A program made the position numbers and the translations under genes. From Eledone cirrhosa (taxonomy: Eukaryota), in the NCBI GenBank assembly GCA_964016885.1, contig OZ024755.1, positions 23,064,001 to 23,128,000 on the forward strand: DNA of 64,000 nt. Reading direction: 5' to 3'. Shown piece after piece: positions 1 to 11,797 of this stretch. Every line of letters begins with the position of its first letter. Positions within the stretch are counted from its first letter, which is position 1. The notes below the pieces were generated by a model that was given only the letters and a program-made list of their open reading frames with translations, ran no database searches and was not told where the DNA came from.

Positions 1-304
1 GAAAGTGTAAACAGTTTGTAACATTATATGTTAGAAACGTTAATTTGCAGTTGCCTAAATTGCATTGAATCTTTACGCTCGATAGAGGGAATTAAGGGTT
101 GTTTTAGTTTTTATATCACTTAGGCAGGAAGGTGGTGGGTGAAGGCAGTGCTCGTGGCACATTTCAGGCTCTCCAAAATTGGTGGGAATGAGTAAGTGAG
201 GGGCTGAAAGAGGGAGGTGTCCTCTAACTAAAGACTTGGCCCTAATGTTTTTAGCAGAATGCAAGGTGGTGGTGTTAAACTGAGTAACTGATTTAGTCTA
301 ACTC

Positions 305-925
305 AGATGTAGGCATCGCTGTTCCTCAACTCTAGATTAGTACTTCATTTATCGACCTCAGAAGGATGAACGGCAAAGTTGATCTCAGCGAAGTTTCAAC
401 TCTCATGTATGGACGCAATAGGGTTTATTTTAAGGAAAGTTTAGAACTCCCATAATGTTTGGGGCAAGTATCATGACCCAATGACTATTTTAAATGAGGT
501 TGCGAGTTCAATTCTAGGACCGGGTGATGCGTTGTGTCCTTGCTGCTCAAGGACACAACGCATTTCACTTTATTTCACGTTGCTTCTTCAGCCAGGAGTT
601 GCGACCGGTAGATAGTACCAGCAATGGAAAGATCAATGGAAATATTGTTTCCTTGGTCCAATTTGACGAGATTCACCATACTGCGCAGGCGATTGAGGTC
701 GGGGATCTTGTCGATCGATCAAAGCGAGCGAGCGTGGCCTAGTGGTTGGAATGCTTGGCTTACGGCCGTAATGTTGTAACTTCTATTTTTGGACCATGTG
801 GCACATTATCGCCTTGAACAAAACATTACATTTCCCGTTGCTCCAGTCAATTCAGCAGAAAATTAGTTTCAACAGTTACTGTGCTTTAACCATCCGGTGG
901 ATAACTGAAGCATTGCGCACCAGGA
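305..925. mobile_element. Cluster of degenerate SINEs: Meta-type fragment on minus (~335-405) and two CORE-type copies on plus (~495-700, ~730-920)
   Basis: The motif TTTATCGACCTCAGAAGGATGAACGGCAAAGTT matches other Meta-type copies in the window. 495-670 aligns with 30790-30965, and 730-860 resembles 30485-30615 (tRNA-like head, CCTTGAGCAAGACAC-type core). Confidence 0.7.
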
Positions 926-1299
926 ATATGCACCAAGACAAACACACATAAATACTAGGTGAAAGATTTAGGCCTGCAATTAACTGAATAATAGATAGGG
1001 TAAAAGATAAACAGATTAAACAGAAAATGTGTATGGGAAGTATTTCTCAGCTATTTAGTAGTAAATATATTTTCTTTATGTGGACATCATGGTACATATC
1101 ATAAATATTTCTTTACTCTAAATAACATATTTTATGCAAATGTTTTCGTGTTTTAAATGTAAATTTTTTCTTTCTGTTTTTGAATAAATAAAATATAAGA
1201 AATACAAAAATTGACAGTTAAGATTGAACCTCGTATTTTAATAAATATTTTTAATGTCAGCAGTGTGTTGGACAGATGATATTTAATGAGGGCATATGG

Positions 1300-1810
1300 T
1301 GGTGGATTAACAAAATTGGTAGAGTGTCGGACAAATGTTTCTTCAGATCTTTTTTAGTTCAGCTTTCATCCTTCTGGGGCAAGGAAATAAAATGCCAGTT
1401 GGTAAATCGGCTTTCCCGCTCCTCAACAAATTGTTGGCCTTGTGCCTAAATTAGAAATCATTATTTAGGTTGATTGGCTTTACGTCCCTTTACGATCTGA
1501 GTTCAAATCCCGCCGAGGTTGACTTTGCCTTTCATCCTTACGGGGTCGATAAAATAAAGTACCAGTAATGCACTGGGTAATTGCTGGCCTTGTGCTTAAA
1601 GTAGAAACAATTATTTCGGTTGATTGGCAGTATCGGTAGAGGGTCGGACACCATGCTTTGCTGCATAGCGTTGCGGCCCTTTACGATCTGAGTTCAAATC
1701 CCGCCGAGGTTAACTTTGCCTTTCATCCTTACGGGGTCGATAAAATAAAGCACCAGTAATGCACTGGGGATAATTGCTGGCCTTGTGCCAAAAATAGAAT
1801 CAATTATTTA
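1300..1810 (+). mobile_element. Three head-to-tail tRNA-derived SINEs (octopus-type, Meta-like core)
   Basis: B-box GAGTTCAAATCCC, core ACTTTGCCTTTCATCCTTACGGGGTCGATAAAATAAAGTACCAG and tail GCTGGCCTTGTGC...GAAACAATTATT are repeated at ~1470-1615 and 1620-1810, with a degenerate copy at 1300-1465. Confidence 0.85.
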
Positions 1811-1814
1811 ATGG

Positions 1815-1915
1815 CTTAATTACCAAAGGTTTCTGGAAACTAGACGATCCTTACAGAAACGTCCAGCTCGTTCATCAGATGAAATAGTTATTTCATCTGA
1901 TGAACGAGGTGGACG
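1815..1915 (-). ncRNA. Putative hammerhead-like motif ending in a short fold-back (PLE terminus remnant)
   Basis: Minus strand reads TTCAT-CTGATGA-long stem II (GAGCTGGACG/CGTCTAGTTT)-GAAACC-TTT-GGTA-ATTAA. A ~26-bp inverted repeat spans 1861-1914. Confidence 0.45.
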
Positions 1916-3079
1916 GGGTTATAATGTCTGACAAAATAGTCAAACATTGTCCTTCGAGTATTAGGACGAAAATAAAACAAAATTTACGTGTATAGACTAG
2001 TAAGACCATTATTGATCTTAGTATTCCACACAAGGAAAGTAGAGTGTAGATATTTTAGGATAGATATACTCTGCAGTGAAGCTTGAATTGTTTCAATGGT
2101 GTGGGGAATCTTATAATGTACGTACGTACTGTAAATCTACTTCGAATGTTTTTCATCCCTACTTATGCAAATATTGTAATGTATAAACGGCAAGCATATC
2201 ATGTGATATTAACCGGCTCCTCTTGCCTACTTAAGTTTTCAGGTAAAATAGCATGAAAACGTATTTCTTCACACACGACAGACATATTGTGATTTGTCGC
2301 GTTTATGTCTCCTTGACATCAAAGACACACGTACCTCTGATTTTATACACAATCTATAAAATATCTATCTTGTTGTTTAGTCGTAGTTCAGTCCTGAAGA
2401 AGAAAGCCTTCGTGATCTTTTGTTGAGGCACGATGAACCTAGAATCAAACCAAATGATCCAGAGTGTCCTTCATTTCTAAGATGTGATCGTAACCAAATC
2501 TGAAAGCTAATTTCAGCTTATCAAGTGTCCATATAGTAGTGATTATTTTAACATGAAGTTGACCACTGTTTGTGTAGTTTTAAATCTAATTTTAGACTTT
2601 AAATCTACATTTTGTGTCAAATACTACACGCTCCTACTTGGTAGATTATAGTGAAAAGACTTAAAACACTCATAAAATGTTAAAATTAGGATGTTGAGAA
2701 CATTGCAAGCGAAGTTTGGAATTGGAAAGATGGGTATCAGCACACATGTGGGTTTATACGCCCCATTATTATACTATATTATTTAATCAAAATATTACGG
2801 TGAAGCTATTTTTGCTATTTCAGTAAAAAATAGTAATCAAATATGCTTTCCAGACTTAAAGAATATCAAACACTGGCTTGTGGTACCTATCTCATAGATT
2901 TATGCAGTTCAGAATTTCCTTAAAATAAACCCTATCGCGTAGAGGTTCCTTTGTTGGGTTGATATTTGTTTTGTGTTGTTGTTTTGTTTTGTTTTTGTCA
3001 GTTGACGTAACTTTAATAATGGTTTATGATTTAGGCATTTGGCCAACAATTATGAGGGAGGAGAAAATCTGTCAAATCG

Positions 3080-3670
3080 ACACCAGAGTGTTACTGGTAT
3101 TTTATTTTGTCGAATCCGAAAGGATAAAGGAAAAGCTAACCCGACAGGATTTGAACTCAGTGTGCAATGAGCTGGAACAATTACCGAAGCATTTTTAATC
3201 CGACGCCATTACCGCTCTACCAATCCACCGTCTTCAATAATAATAATTGTTTCTACTTTTGGCACAAGGCCAGCATTACAATGCATTACTGGTGCTTAAT
3301 TTTATCGACCCCGTAAAGATGAAAGGCAAAGTTAACCTCGGCGGGATTTGAACTCAGAATGGCAAGGGCCGTAACTTTATGCAGCAAAGCATGGCGTCCG
3401 ACCCGCTACCGATACTGCCAATCCAATGGTTTCTGATTTAGATACAAGGCCAGCAATTTTAGGGGTGGAGAAAGGCGATTAAATTGACCCTAGTGCGTGA
3501 CGGGTACTTTACTTCATCGACCGTAAGGATGAAAGGCAAAGCTAACCTCGGTGGGATTGAACTCAGAAATTAAAGGGCCTTCACTCTATGCCGCAAACCA
3601 TAGCTTTAATAATTAGCAAGGGCCATAACTCTATGCGTCAAAGCATACGACCCTCTACCGATACTGCAAA
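3080..3670 (-). mobile_element. Cluster of 3-4 SINE copies (Meta-like core)
   Basis: Reverse complements of the SINE core occur at ~3090-3160, 3295-3360 and 3505-3570. Confidence 0.85.
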
Positions 3671-3712
3671 CCTTGTTAATGGGTTTCCAGTATATCCCCT
3701 CATTAAAATATT

Positions 3713-3838
3713 TGTTAGATAAACTAACCATGCGCTGAATCAGTGTTAGATAAACTAACCATGCGCTGAATCAGTGTTAGATAAACTAACCATGCGCTGA
3801 ATCAATGTTAGATAAACTAACCATGCGCTGAATCAGTG
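3713..3838. repeat. 31-bp minisatellite, 4 copies
   Basis: TGTTAGATAAACTAACCATGCGCTGAATCAG repeated four times with one substitution. Confidence 0.95.
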
Positions 3839-4138
3839 TAATGCAGTCATTTGAATCAACCTTAGTAAATGAACCCGTCATTTGTTACGCCAACGAGTGT
3901 TCCATTTGTTCTATCAACGGAACGAACTATTCATTAAAATGGCGTGTAAGTAGCTGGGTATTCCACAAACACATGCAACGGATTTGCTTTATAGTACATT
4001 GCACTGCCTCGATTTTCAACAACAGTACTTGTACGAGCAAACAATTTTGGAAGGAGTATGTGACATTTTAAGCCTATTAACTAACCGTCTTCCACTCTAT
4101 TGCTATTGACAGTATCATTAATAGGTCATTAACACGAG

Positions 4139-4326
4139 CGAGGGTTGGCTGAAAAGTTCATAGGCTGACAATGAAGAAGTGAAATCTTGCATGCATTAAT
4201 TTTAGCTCTTCTTATTAATAACTGCATTGACTCTTTCCAAGGATAATGTTAAAAAATATACCTCAGTTGGTCATTCCATGAGAGTATCTTGGTCAGCATT
4301 TGAACTTTTCAGCCTACGAAAATCGT
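4139..4326. mobile_element. Tc1/mariner-derived MITE
   Basis: Perfect 14-bp inverted repeat GGCTGAAAAGTTCA (4147-4160) / TGAACTTTTCAGCC (4301-4314), with a mariner-like CGAGGG start. Confidence 0.65.
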
Positions 4327-4343
4327 CCCTCTATTTTCTTCTA

Positions 4344-4406
<63 letters not shown>

Positions 4407-4589
4407 CACATTGACAATATGTATACATACATACATACATACACACACATATGTATATATATGCACATACTGCTGGGTTAATTCGGATCTAGCTGTCGAA
4501 CGGCCGGAGCTTAGCACACCCGCTCGGGTCAGTCGTGTCTCTTTTCGTTCGATCACACGCTCTTGAACTTAAGTTCTGTTACCGCTGTG

Positions 4590-6248
4590 TTCTTCGGTTC
4601 CCTTGCCTTCAGTTGTTGCACATTCTTCGGTTCCCTTGCCTTCAGTTGTTGCACATTCTTCGGTTCCCTTGCCTTCAGTTGTTGCACATTCTTCGATTCC
4701 CTTGCCTTCAGTTGTTGCACATTCTTCGATTCCCTTGCCTTCAGTTGTTGCACATTCTTCGGTTCCCTTGCCTTCAGTTGTTGCACATTCTTCGGTTCCC
4801 TTGCCTTCAGTTGTTGCACATTCTTCGGTTCCCTTGCCTTCAGTTGTTGCACATTCTTCGATTCCCTTGCCTTCAGTTGTTGCACATTCTTCGATTCCCT
4901 TGCCTTCAGTTGTTGCACATTCTTCGGTTCCCTTGCCTTCAGTTGTTGCACATTCTTCGGTTCCCTTGCCTTCAGTTGTTGCACATTCTTCGGTTCCCTT
5001 GCCTTCAGTTGTTGCACATTCTTCGATTCCCTTGCCTTCAGTTGTTGCACATTCTTCGGTTCCCTTGCCTTCAGTTGTTGCACATTCTTCGGTTCCCTTG
5101 CCTTCAGTTGTTGCACATTCTTCGGTTCCCTTGCCTTCAGTTGTTGCACATTCTTCGGTTCCCTTGCCTTCAGTTGTTGCACATTCTTCGATTCCCTTGC
5201 CTTCAGTTGTTGCACATTCTTCGGTTCCCTTGCCTTCAGTTGTTGCACATTCTTCGATTCCCTTGCCTTCAGTTGTTGCACATTCTTCGGTTCCCTTGCC
5301 TTCAGTTGTTGCACATTCTTCGGTTCCCTTGCCTTCAGTTGTTGCACATTCTTCGGTTCCCTTGCCTTCAGTTGTTGCACATTCTTCGATTCCCTTGCCT
5401 TCAGTTGTTGCACATTCTTCGATTCCCTTGCCTTCAGTTGTTGCACATTCTTCGATTCCCTTGCCTTCAGTTGTTGCACATTCTTCGGTTCCCTTGCCTT
5501 CAGTTGTTGCACATTCTTCGGTTCCCTTGCCTTCAGTTGTTGCACATTCTTCGGTTCCCTTGCCTTCAGTTGTTGCACATTCTTCGATTCCCTTGCCTTC
5601 AGTTGTTGCACATTCTTCGGTTCCCTTGCCTTCAGTTGTTGCACATTCTTCGATTCCCTTGCCTTCAGTTGTTGCACATTCTTCGGTTCCCTTGCCTTCA
5701 GTTGTTGCACATTCTTCGGTTCCCTTGCCTTCAGTTGTTGCACATTCTTCGGTTCCCTTGCCTTCAGTTGTTGCACATTCTTCGATTCCCTTGCCTTCAG
5801 TTGTTGCACATTCTTCGATTCCCTTGCCTTCAGTTGTTGCACATTCTTCGGTTCCCTTGCCTTCAGTTGTTGCACATTCTTCGATTCCCTTGCCTTCAGT
5901 TGTTGCACATTCTTCGATTCCCTTGCCTTCAGTTGTTGCACATTCTTCGATTCCCTTGCCTTCAGTTGTTGCACATTCTTCGATTCCCTTGCCTTCAGTT
6001 GTTGCACATTCTTCGATTCCCTTGCCTTCAGTTGTTGCACATTCTTCGATTCCCCTGCCTTCAGTTGTTGCACATTCTTCGGTTCCCTTGCCTTCAGTTG
6101 TTGCACATTCTTCGATTCCCTTGCCTTCAGTTGTTGCACATTCTTCGATTCCCTTGCCTTCAGTTGTTGCACATTCTTCGATTCCCTTGCCTTCAGTTGT
6201 TGCACATTCTTCGATTCCCTTGCCTTCAGTTGTTGCACATTCTTCGGT
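4590..6248. repeat. 30-bp minisatellite, ~55 nearly identical copies
   Basis: Unit TTCTTCG(G/A)TTCCCTTGCCTTCAGTTGTTGCACA, contiguous with no spacers, embedded in a more GC-rich segment (~4470-6640) between microsatellites. Confidence 0.98.
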
Positions 6249-6660
6249 TTGTTGTTTTTTTCGTTGTTTCCTCTTTTCTTCCCTTTTCCCATTTTCCCTT
6301 CTATTTTCCTTCTCTCCCTCCTCCGTTTTCCCAATAACTTACCCGGTTATTGAACACTCTGGGGGTAGATATATTGTCTTTGAAGCGTTGAAATATCCGA
6401 GACACCCCCCCCCCGCCTCCTCGTTCTTGCTTTCTTCTTATTCTCATTCCATTTTTAAGACTAACTTAACTAGTAACCACACAGCCATCCTATTCTACAG
6501 GAAGACCAAGGTTAACATATGTTGATGCCCTAAGGACAGACACTGGTCTGTTGGAGATGCAGGATATGGCAGCGATAATGAGGGACAGAGACCGCTGGAG
6601 AGAACTCGTCCATGGATCTCGGGAATTTTACCCGCCTTAGATATATATATATATATATAT

Positions 6661-6899
6661 ATTGTTATACTTTGGGAGGGTCATGTTGCCAATAAGAAAC
6701 ACACGCACCAGTTGCTTTCACTTCAATTTAATTTATTAAATATTTATAAATTTACAAATTTATAAATTTCTGGTTGGTTGGTTGGTTCCACAACCAGATA
6801 GTTGTTTATATATATATAGTCATGACCCTCCCAAAGTATAACAATATCGGTTTCAACACACGATTTCAGATAAAGAATCTTGCTAAACAAATTCAGAAA

Positions 6900-6902
<3 letters not shown>
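6661..6902 (-). mobile_element. Penelope-like element terminus (pseudo-LTR plus inverted tail), family A
   Basis: 6661-6823 is nearly identical to 50716-50860, the 3' end of the GIY-YIG-bearing copy. An inverted ATGACCCTCCCAAAGTATAACAAT plus ~55-nt tail follows. (TA)n lies on both sides. Confidence 0.85.
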
Positions 6903-6961
<59 letters not shown>

Positions 6962-7077
6962 ACTTGACCTCTTACTACTTTTCTATTGGTCAATTCAAAA
7001 CCTGTTCCCAAACAGACCTATTATATTAAATCTTTGTTGGTTTTTTTCAATAAACAAATCGCATTATTTCTGAAGAC

Positions 7078-7270
7078 GGGTGGATAGTATCAGTGGAGAG
7101 TCGGACGCCATGCTTTCCAGCATAGTTACGTCCCTTTACGGTCTGTGTTCAAATCCCGCCGCGGTTAACTTTGCCTTTCATCCTTACGGGGTCGATAAAA
7201 TAAAGTACCAGTAATGTACTGGGTAATTTCTGGCCTTGTGCCAAAAGTAGAAACAATTATTTCTGAAGAC
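7078..7270 (+). mobile_element. SINE with 15-bp target-site duplication
   Basis: Full SINE body; ATTATTTCTGAAGAC occurs at 7063-7077 and 7256-7270. Confidence 0.9.
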
Positions 7271-7572
7271 AGCAAATATATGTGAAGGTATGTATATTTC
7301 CTCTGATAGTTTGTAATATTTTACATAGATCTATATGATATACATACCAACACACATATATATCCTAGAAACGATCGTAAAATGATGAATTTTTTTAATA
7401 TAAGGAACTTGTTCTTTGTTTTTATTCATTGTTTTTATTAATTTATCTTCACTCTGTTTTCCTATGATTTTCATCGAACATTTTTTAATGCATCTTCTCT
7501 TTTCATGATATTTGGATTACATTGAGTTCTTCATACGGATTGGACACTACCGTATATTTTGGTAGATTTATC

Positions 7573-7610
<38 letters not shown>

Positions 7611-7614
<4 letters not shown>

Positions 7615-7800
7615 AACCAGTAAGACTCCGACAGCTGAGCTCAAGCCGTTTCGACGGCTAGAGTCCAGAATTAGCCGTCGAAACGGCTTGAGCTCAGCTG
7701 TCGGAGTCTTACTGGTTCCTATTACCCACTCTACTACCTCAAGTATTGAGTACTTTGGTGCGTTATGGTCCACCTGGTTCCTTACCACATTTCCTTCGTT
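7611..7800 (+). mobile_element. Fold-back element in (TA)n, family B, with 3' half of a hammerhead
   Basis: ~50-bp inverted arms followed by a ~68-nt unpaired tail; contains GAA-ACGGC-ttgagctca-GCTGT-C. A second copy lies at 10424-10611 in the opposite orientation. Confidence 0.8.
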
Positions 7801-7820
7801 ATATATATATATATATATAT

Positions 7821-7947
7821 ACGGGATAACAGGTTATCGTTATAGGCGGTCCACTTAGATGTAGTCCAAGATCAAAGAAACAATTTTCAGCAATGTGAAT
7901 AAAGCCCTTATTGTATAGCAAACCATGTCACTCTTCTTTCTTGAATT
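7821..7947. mobile_element. Family C PLE-like terminal fragment
   Basis: Both ends match 8507-8560 and 8728-8764; flanked by (TA)n. Confidence 0.65.
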
Positions 7948-7949
7948 AT

Positions 7950-7981
<32 letters not shown>

Positions 7982-8340
7982 CAATAAAGTATGTCCATAG
8001 AATCATTTGATAAAATATATACATCATCTCCTCTCCCAATCAGCATAATCAATCACAAAAAAAAAAAACGATTAAACAAGGTTATAAGATTAAAAGGCAC
8101 CTATGAAGAAATAATAGATAAATAAACGATTAAATATATCGTCAACCATACACAATAAGGTATAAAATCAAAGTTAGAAGAAAAAATGTATATAAACATA
8201 ACAAAATTATATATATATAAATATTTGTGTGTGTAAAAAGGTAAAAAGTAAACAAAAATAACAAAGCAAACGACACAGTACATTGAAGAAATATATTAGT
8301 TTAACGTTTGAAATAATAGAAAACATGTTTTATATATATA

Positions 8341-8372
8341 CTAGCAGAATGGCCCGGCGTTGCTCGGGATTT
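8341..8372 (-). mobile_element. Helitron 3' terminus fragment
   Basis: Minus strand: hairpin CCCGAGCAACGCCGGG followed by ...CTAG-T, similar to 28852-28880. Confidence 0.6.
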
Positions 8373-8506
8373 GCTCTAGGGTTCTTATATATTTGATTTA
8401 TATTTATCCTTATCGAGCCTCGAAATAAATACGTTTGTTTATATTTTATTGTGTATGCAAAAATATCTGTACACGAATATATAATTATATATATATATAT
8501 ATATAT

Positions 8507-8760
8507 ACGGGGTAACAAATAATAGTTAAATGCAGTCCACTTAGGTGTAGTCCAGTTATGGTATTCCGGGTAGTGGATGATATCAACGCTTGGCTTGGTT
8601 TGACTCAACAAGGCGTTTTCATAGTGATGCTGCGGGTATGCTGTAATTCCTATGTTGTAAACACTTGGAGTAATAATAAATCAGGAAAGAAGGTTGACAT
8701 GGTTTGCTATGAGATTAAAAACCTTTTTTGTATAGCAAACCATGCCAACCTTCTTTCCTG

Positions 8761-8764
<4 letters not shown>
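8507..8764. mobile_element. Fold-back element in (TA)n, family C
   Basis: ~33-bp inverted arms at 8678-8710 and 8732-8764; homologous to 61566-61622 and 7821-7947. Confidence 0.75.
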
Positions 8765-8796
<32 letters not shown>

Positions 8797-8801
<5 letters not shown>

Positions 8802-8911
8802 TAACAGATTAAAGTTTAAGCAAAGAATCGCTGCTTTCACCCTTAACGGGATCTTCTGAAACTTTAAATAATCCATCTGTGAACGCAGAAGTAAATATTT
8901 CGAAAAACGTT

Positions 8912-8912
<1 letters not shown>
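8797..8912 (-). mobile_element. Dispersed repeat family D fragment (probable PLE terminus)
   Basis: Reverse complement of 45260-45375; TA-flanked. Other family pieces lie at 8370-8425, 29818-29866 and 30306-30400. Confidence 0.7.
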
Positions 8913-8958
<46 letters not shown>

Positions 8959-9323
8959 CACACTATATATATACATATATACACACACATACACATATAG
9001 TGTTATAATGTCGTAATGCAGACAGCCAGACACACACACAGATAGATATTATAAGGGCGCAATGTTATATCTATGTATCTATCTAAAAACAAAGACTAAG
9101 AATTATAGAGAGTGAGATCGCTTGTGTGTAGGCGTATGTTTATACTTATATATTTGTAAAAGATATTGTTTAATTTATTGTAACTGACATCAATCCATCT
9201 AATCCCAAACTAACCGCACTCTATAGAATCTAATACATGGAAGCCATTAGGGTGGGGGTGCTATCCAATTGTGAACTAAAATGTACCGGGATGCATCATT
9301 TAAGTTTATCATTGTTATCTACA

Positions 9324-9420
9324 TCAGGCATGTCAAACTGAGGGTCCCCAGGGGGCCACGTGGGTCACATATGTGTTGTCAGAGGGCAACATGACAATTA
9401 ATTGCGCACATTACAACTAT
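9324..9420 (+). mobile_element. Possible hAT (Charlie-type) terminus remnant
   Basis: CAGGCATGTCAAACTG...GGGCCAC resembles hAT MITE termini; no partner end was found. Confidence 0.35.
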
Positions 9421-9525
9421 TTTTTTAGCATAAGCATAAAATAAATAGCATAAGCATAAAATAAATAAATAAATACTCCTAAAAAGACTGCAATTGCATT
9501 TTCTATTTCTTTCCCCATATACACA

Positions 9526-9573
<48 letters not shown>

Positions 9574-9749
9574 CATATATATATATATATACATCCATAT
9601 ATATATATATATATATACCTATACATATATATATACCTATGTATGTATGTGTATGTATGTATGTATGTGTATATATGTATGTGTATGTATGTATGTATAT
9701 GTATGTATGTATGTGTATGTATATATATATGTATGTGTATGTATGTATG

Positions 9750-9788
<39 letters not shown>

Positions 9789-9890
9789 ATGTATGTATAT
9801 GTATGTATGTATATGTATGTATATGTATGTATATGTATATGTATGTATATATATGTATATGTATGTATGTATATGTATGTATGTATGTAT

Positions 9891-10172
9891 GTGGCCATCC
9901 AAAATCACCGGGAGAGATGACCCCTTAGCCTTTGTCAAGGCAGAATTCTAGGAGAAGTAAAACTCTGATATAACACCTGCAACCCTGATGGTATCCAATG
10001 ATGTTGACTTGTTCTTCTTTTTGTTAAATATCATCTTGGTTAAGAGAGTGGGACTGGCTTTGTGCTCACTATAAAAGCTTCACGGCACAGGCATTGCTTT
10101 ATATCTGGAGATCTCTCTGCACTTGTCGTCTTATGGTACCATGGGCCCAGCACTATGTGTCAATGATTGTCA
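9891..10172 (+). mobile_element. Middle fragment of a non-autonomous RTE-derived element
   Basis: Overlaps 60932-60949 at its 5' end and 62453-62627 at its 3' end; contains the RTE 5'-UTR-like CTAGGAGAAGTAAAACTCTGA. Confidence 0.75.
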
Positions 10173-10388
10173 CGGACACTCTATCTCAAAATTATTTTTG
10201 AAAAGCATTTAGAAATGCGCAACCGGTAAAAACTTAAAAACTTAAAACCACAACTGAATACTAACCCATACAATCACTAATACTCTTTTATTCCTAATTA
10301 AACCATTTTTCAACTGTGAACAATTTGTCAGCATTTTCTATTCCGTTTACCAATATATAATAACTTGTGTGTTACACCTCTATTCTTT

Positions 10389-10392
<4 letters not shown>
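10170..10392 (+). mobile_element. Family E arm plus tail (second copy of the 14143-14564 element)
   Basis: Nearly identical to 14343-14564; ends in (TA)n. Confidence 0.9.
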
Positions 10393-10423
<31 letters not shown>

Positions 10424-10425
<2 letters not shown>

Positions 10426-10609
10426 CGAAGGAAATGTGGTAAGGAACCAGGTGGACCATAACGCACCAAAGTACTCAATACTTGAGGTAGTAGAGTGGGT
10501 AATAGGAACCAGTAAGACCCCGACAGCTGAGCTCAAGCCGTTTCGACGGCTAATTCCGAATTAGCCGTCGAAACGGCTTGAGCTCAGCTGTCGGGGTCTT
10601 ACTGGTTCC

Positions 10610-10611
<2 letters not shown>
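10424..10611 (-). mobile_element. Fold-back element in (TA)n, family B, second copy
   Basis: Same two end points as 7611-7800 but a different apex (AATTCCGAATT). Confidence 0.8.
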
Positions 10612-10642
<31 letters not shown>

Positions 10643-11762
10643 GTGTGTGTGTGTGTATGTATATATATATATATATTAACCGACAAACCTAACAATGTTT
10701 ACACAATAATCAGACAAAGCTAAACACTGCATCTAACCTTTTCGGGCTTTCCTAGACTAGCGAGATTAATAGATTTGATGCTTAGACGCATCTGTAATCA
10801 AACATCTTCAGTTGTTGTCTGTAAGAAATTGTAGACTAGAAAGGAACGACACCAGCTGTTAGATATCAACATCCTATCAACAAAGTGGAATCGGTTATAA
10901 GTACATAAGACTCTGGTGATTGTCTGTAACTGGAAAGTGTATGTCTGAGTGTTGTGTGTAGATATTGATTTAAAATGTACATTAAAAAGTCAAATATATC
11001 TTCGTCATTTTCGGATATTCATTTGCTCTGTCAACTGATCTATGAGTTAATTGGATTAACTTCAAAGTAACTGAATGTTCCACAGACACGTGTTACTTTA
11101 ACGTAAGGCTTAGGCAGAATCAACGTGTCAAAGTGTATGACTAGGCTGAGCTTTAAATGGTCGATGCAATCTATCTAACGGGCTTTCGCAGTTTCCGTTT
11201 TCCCTCCTTCATTCACAAGGTTTGGGTCGATCCGAGTCTATGATAAACGATACTTGACTAAAATGTCGTGCAGAACTTGGGATCTTGTGATTGCCAAACG
11301 AATTTAGCAATTCAAGAAGCAAATATCTGTTTCTATAGTATTTTTCCTTCGTTTGAAACCAACATAGTGAACTTTGGCTGAGTGTAGAACGTCGGAACTA
11401 AATTCGACGTTTTCTCGTCTCTGCCATTCCATCGATCTCATCCTCATAGAATATGCTTAAGTATAAGCCCCATATCAAACATTGGACGTAAAGCAAGCAT
11501 ATAAGAAAGACAGACTATACATGGAATTCTTGCAACGCGCAAAATTGTAATTATAGGTTGAGGTAAAAAGCATTACCTCATTATTATTCATAATGTTGTT
11601 ATTATTATTTTTTCCCTTGTATAGTTAGAAGAATATTTGTTGTTAGTTAGATGAAATGGATATGTAAGAATATAGAAAACGATGATCTTTAACTTATGAG
11701 CTGATCATGTAAGTGTGCATATAGCTTCTTCACCTGACCAAAAGTAAACTCCATTATAATCA

Positions 11763-11794
<32 letters not shown>

Positions 11795-11797
<3 letters not shown>

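Noticed and set aside
73-264. ORF resembling a Neptune PLE linker (KNIR...LVR...C..C)
   Set aside because: Similarity is too weak to support by eye.
1620-1705. tRNA genes at SINE heads
   Set aside because: A/B boxes run directly into SINE cores with no full cloverleaf.
4590-6248. CRISPR-like array (30-bp repeats)
   Set aside because: Repeats are contiguous with no unique spacers, there are no cas genes, and the context is eukaryotic.
4535-6525. ~600-aa ORFs in four frames
   Set aside because: They are translations of a stop-free 30-bp minisatellite, with no unique coding flanks.
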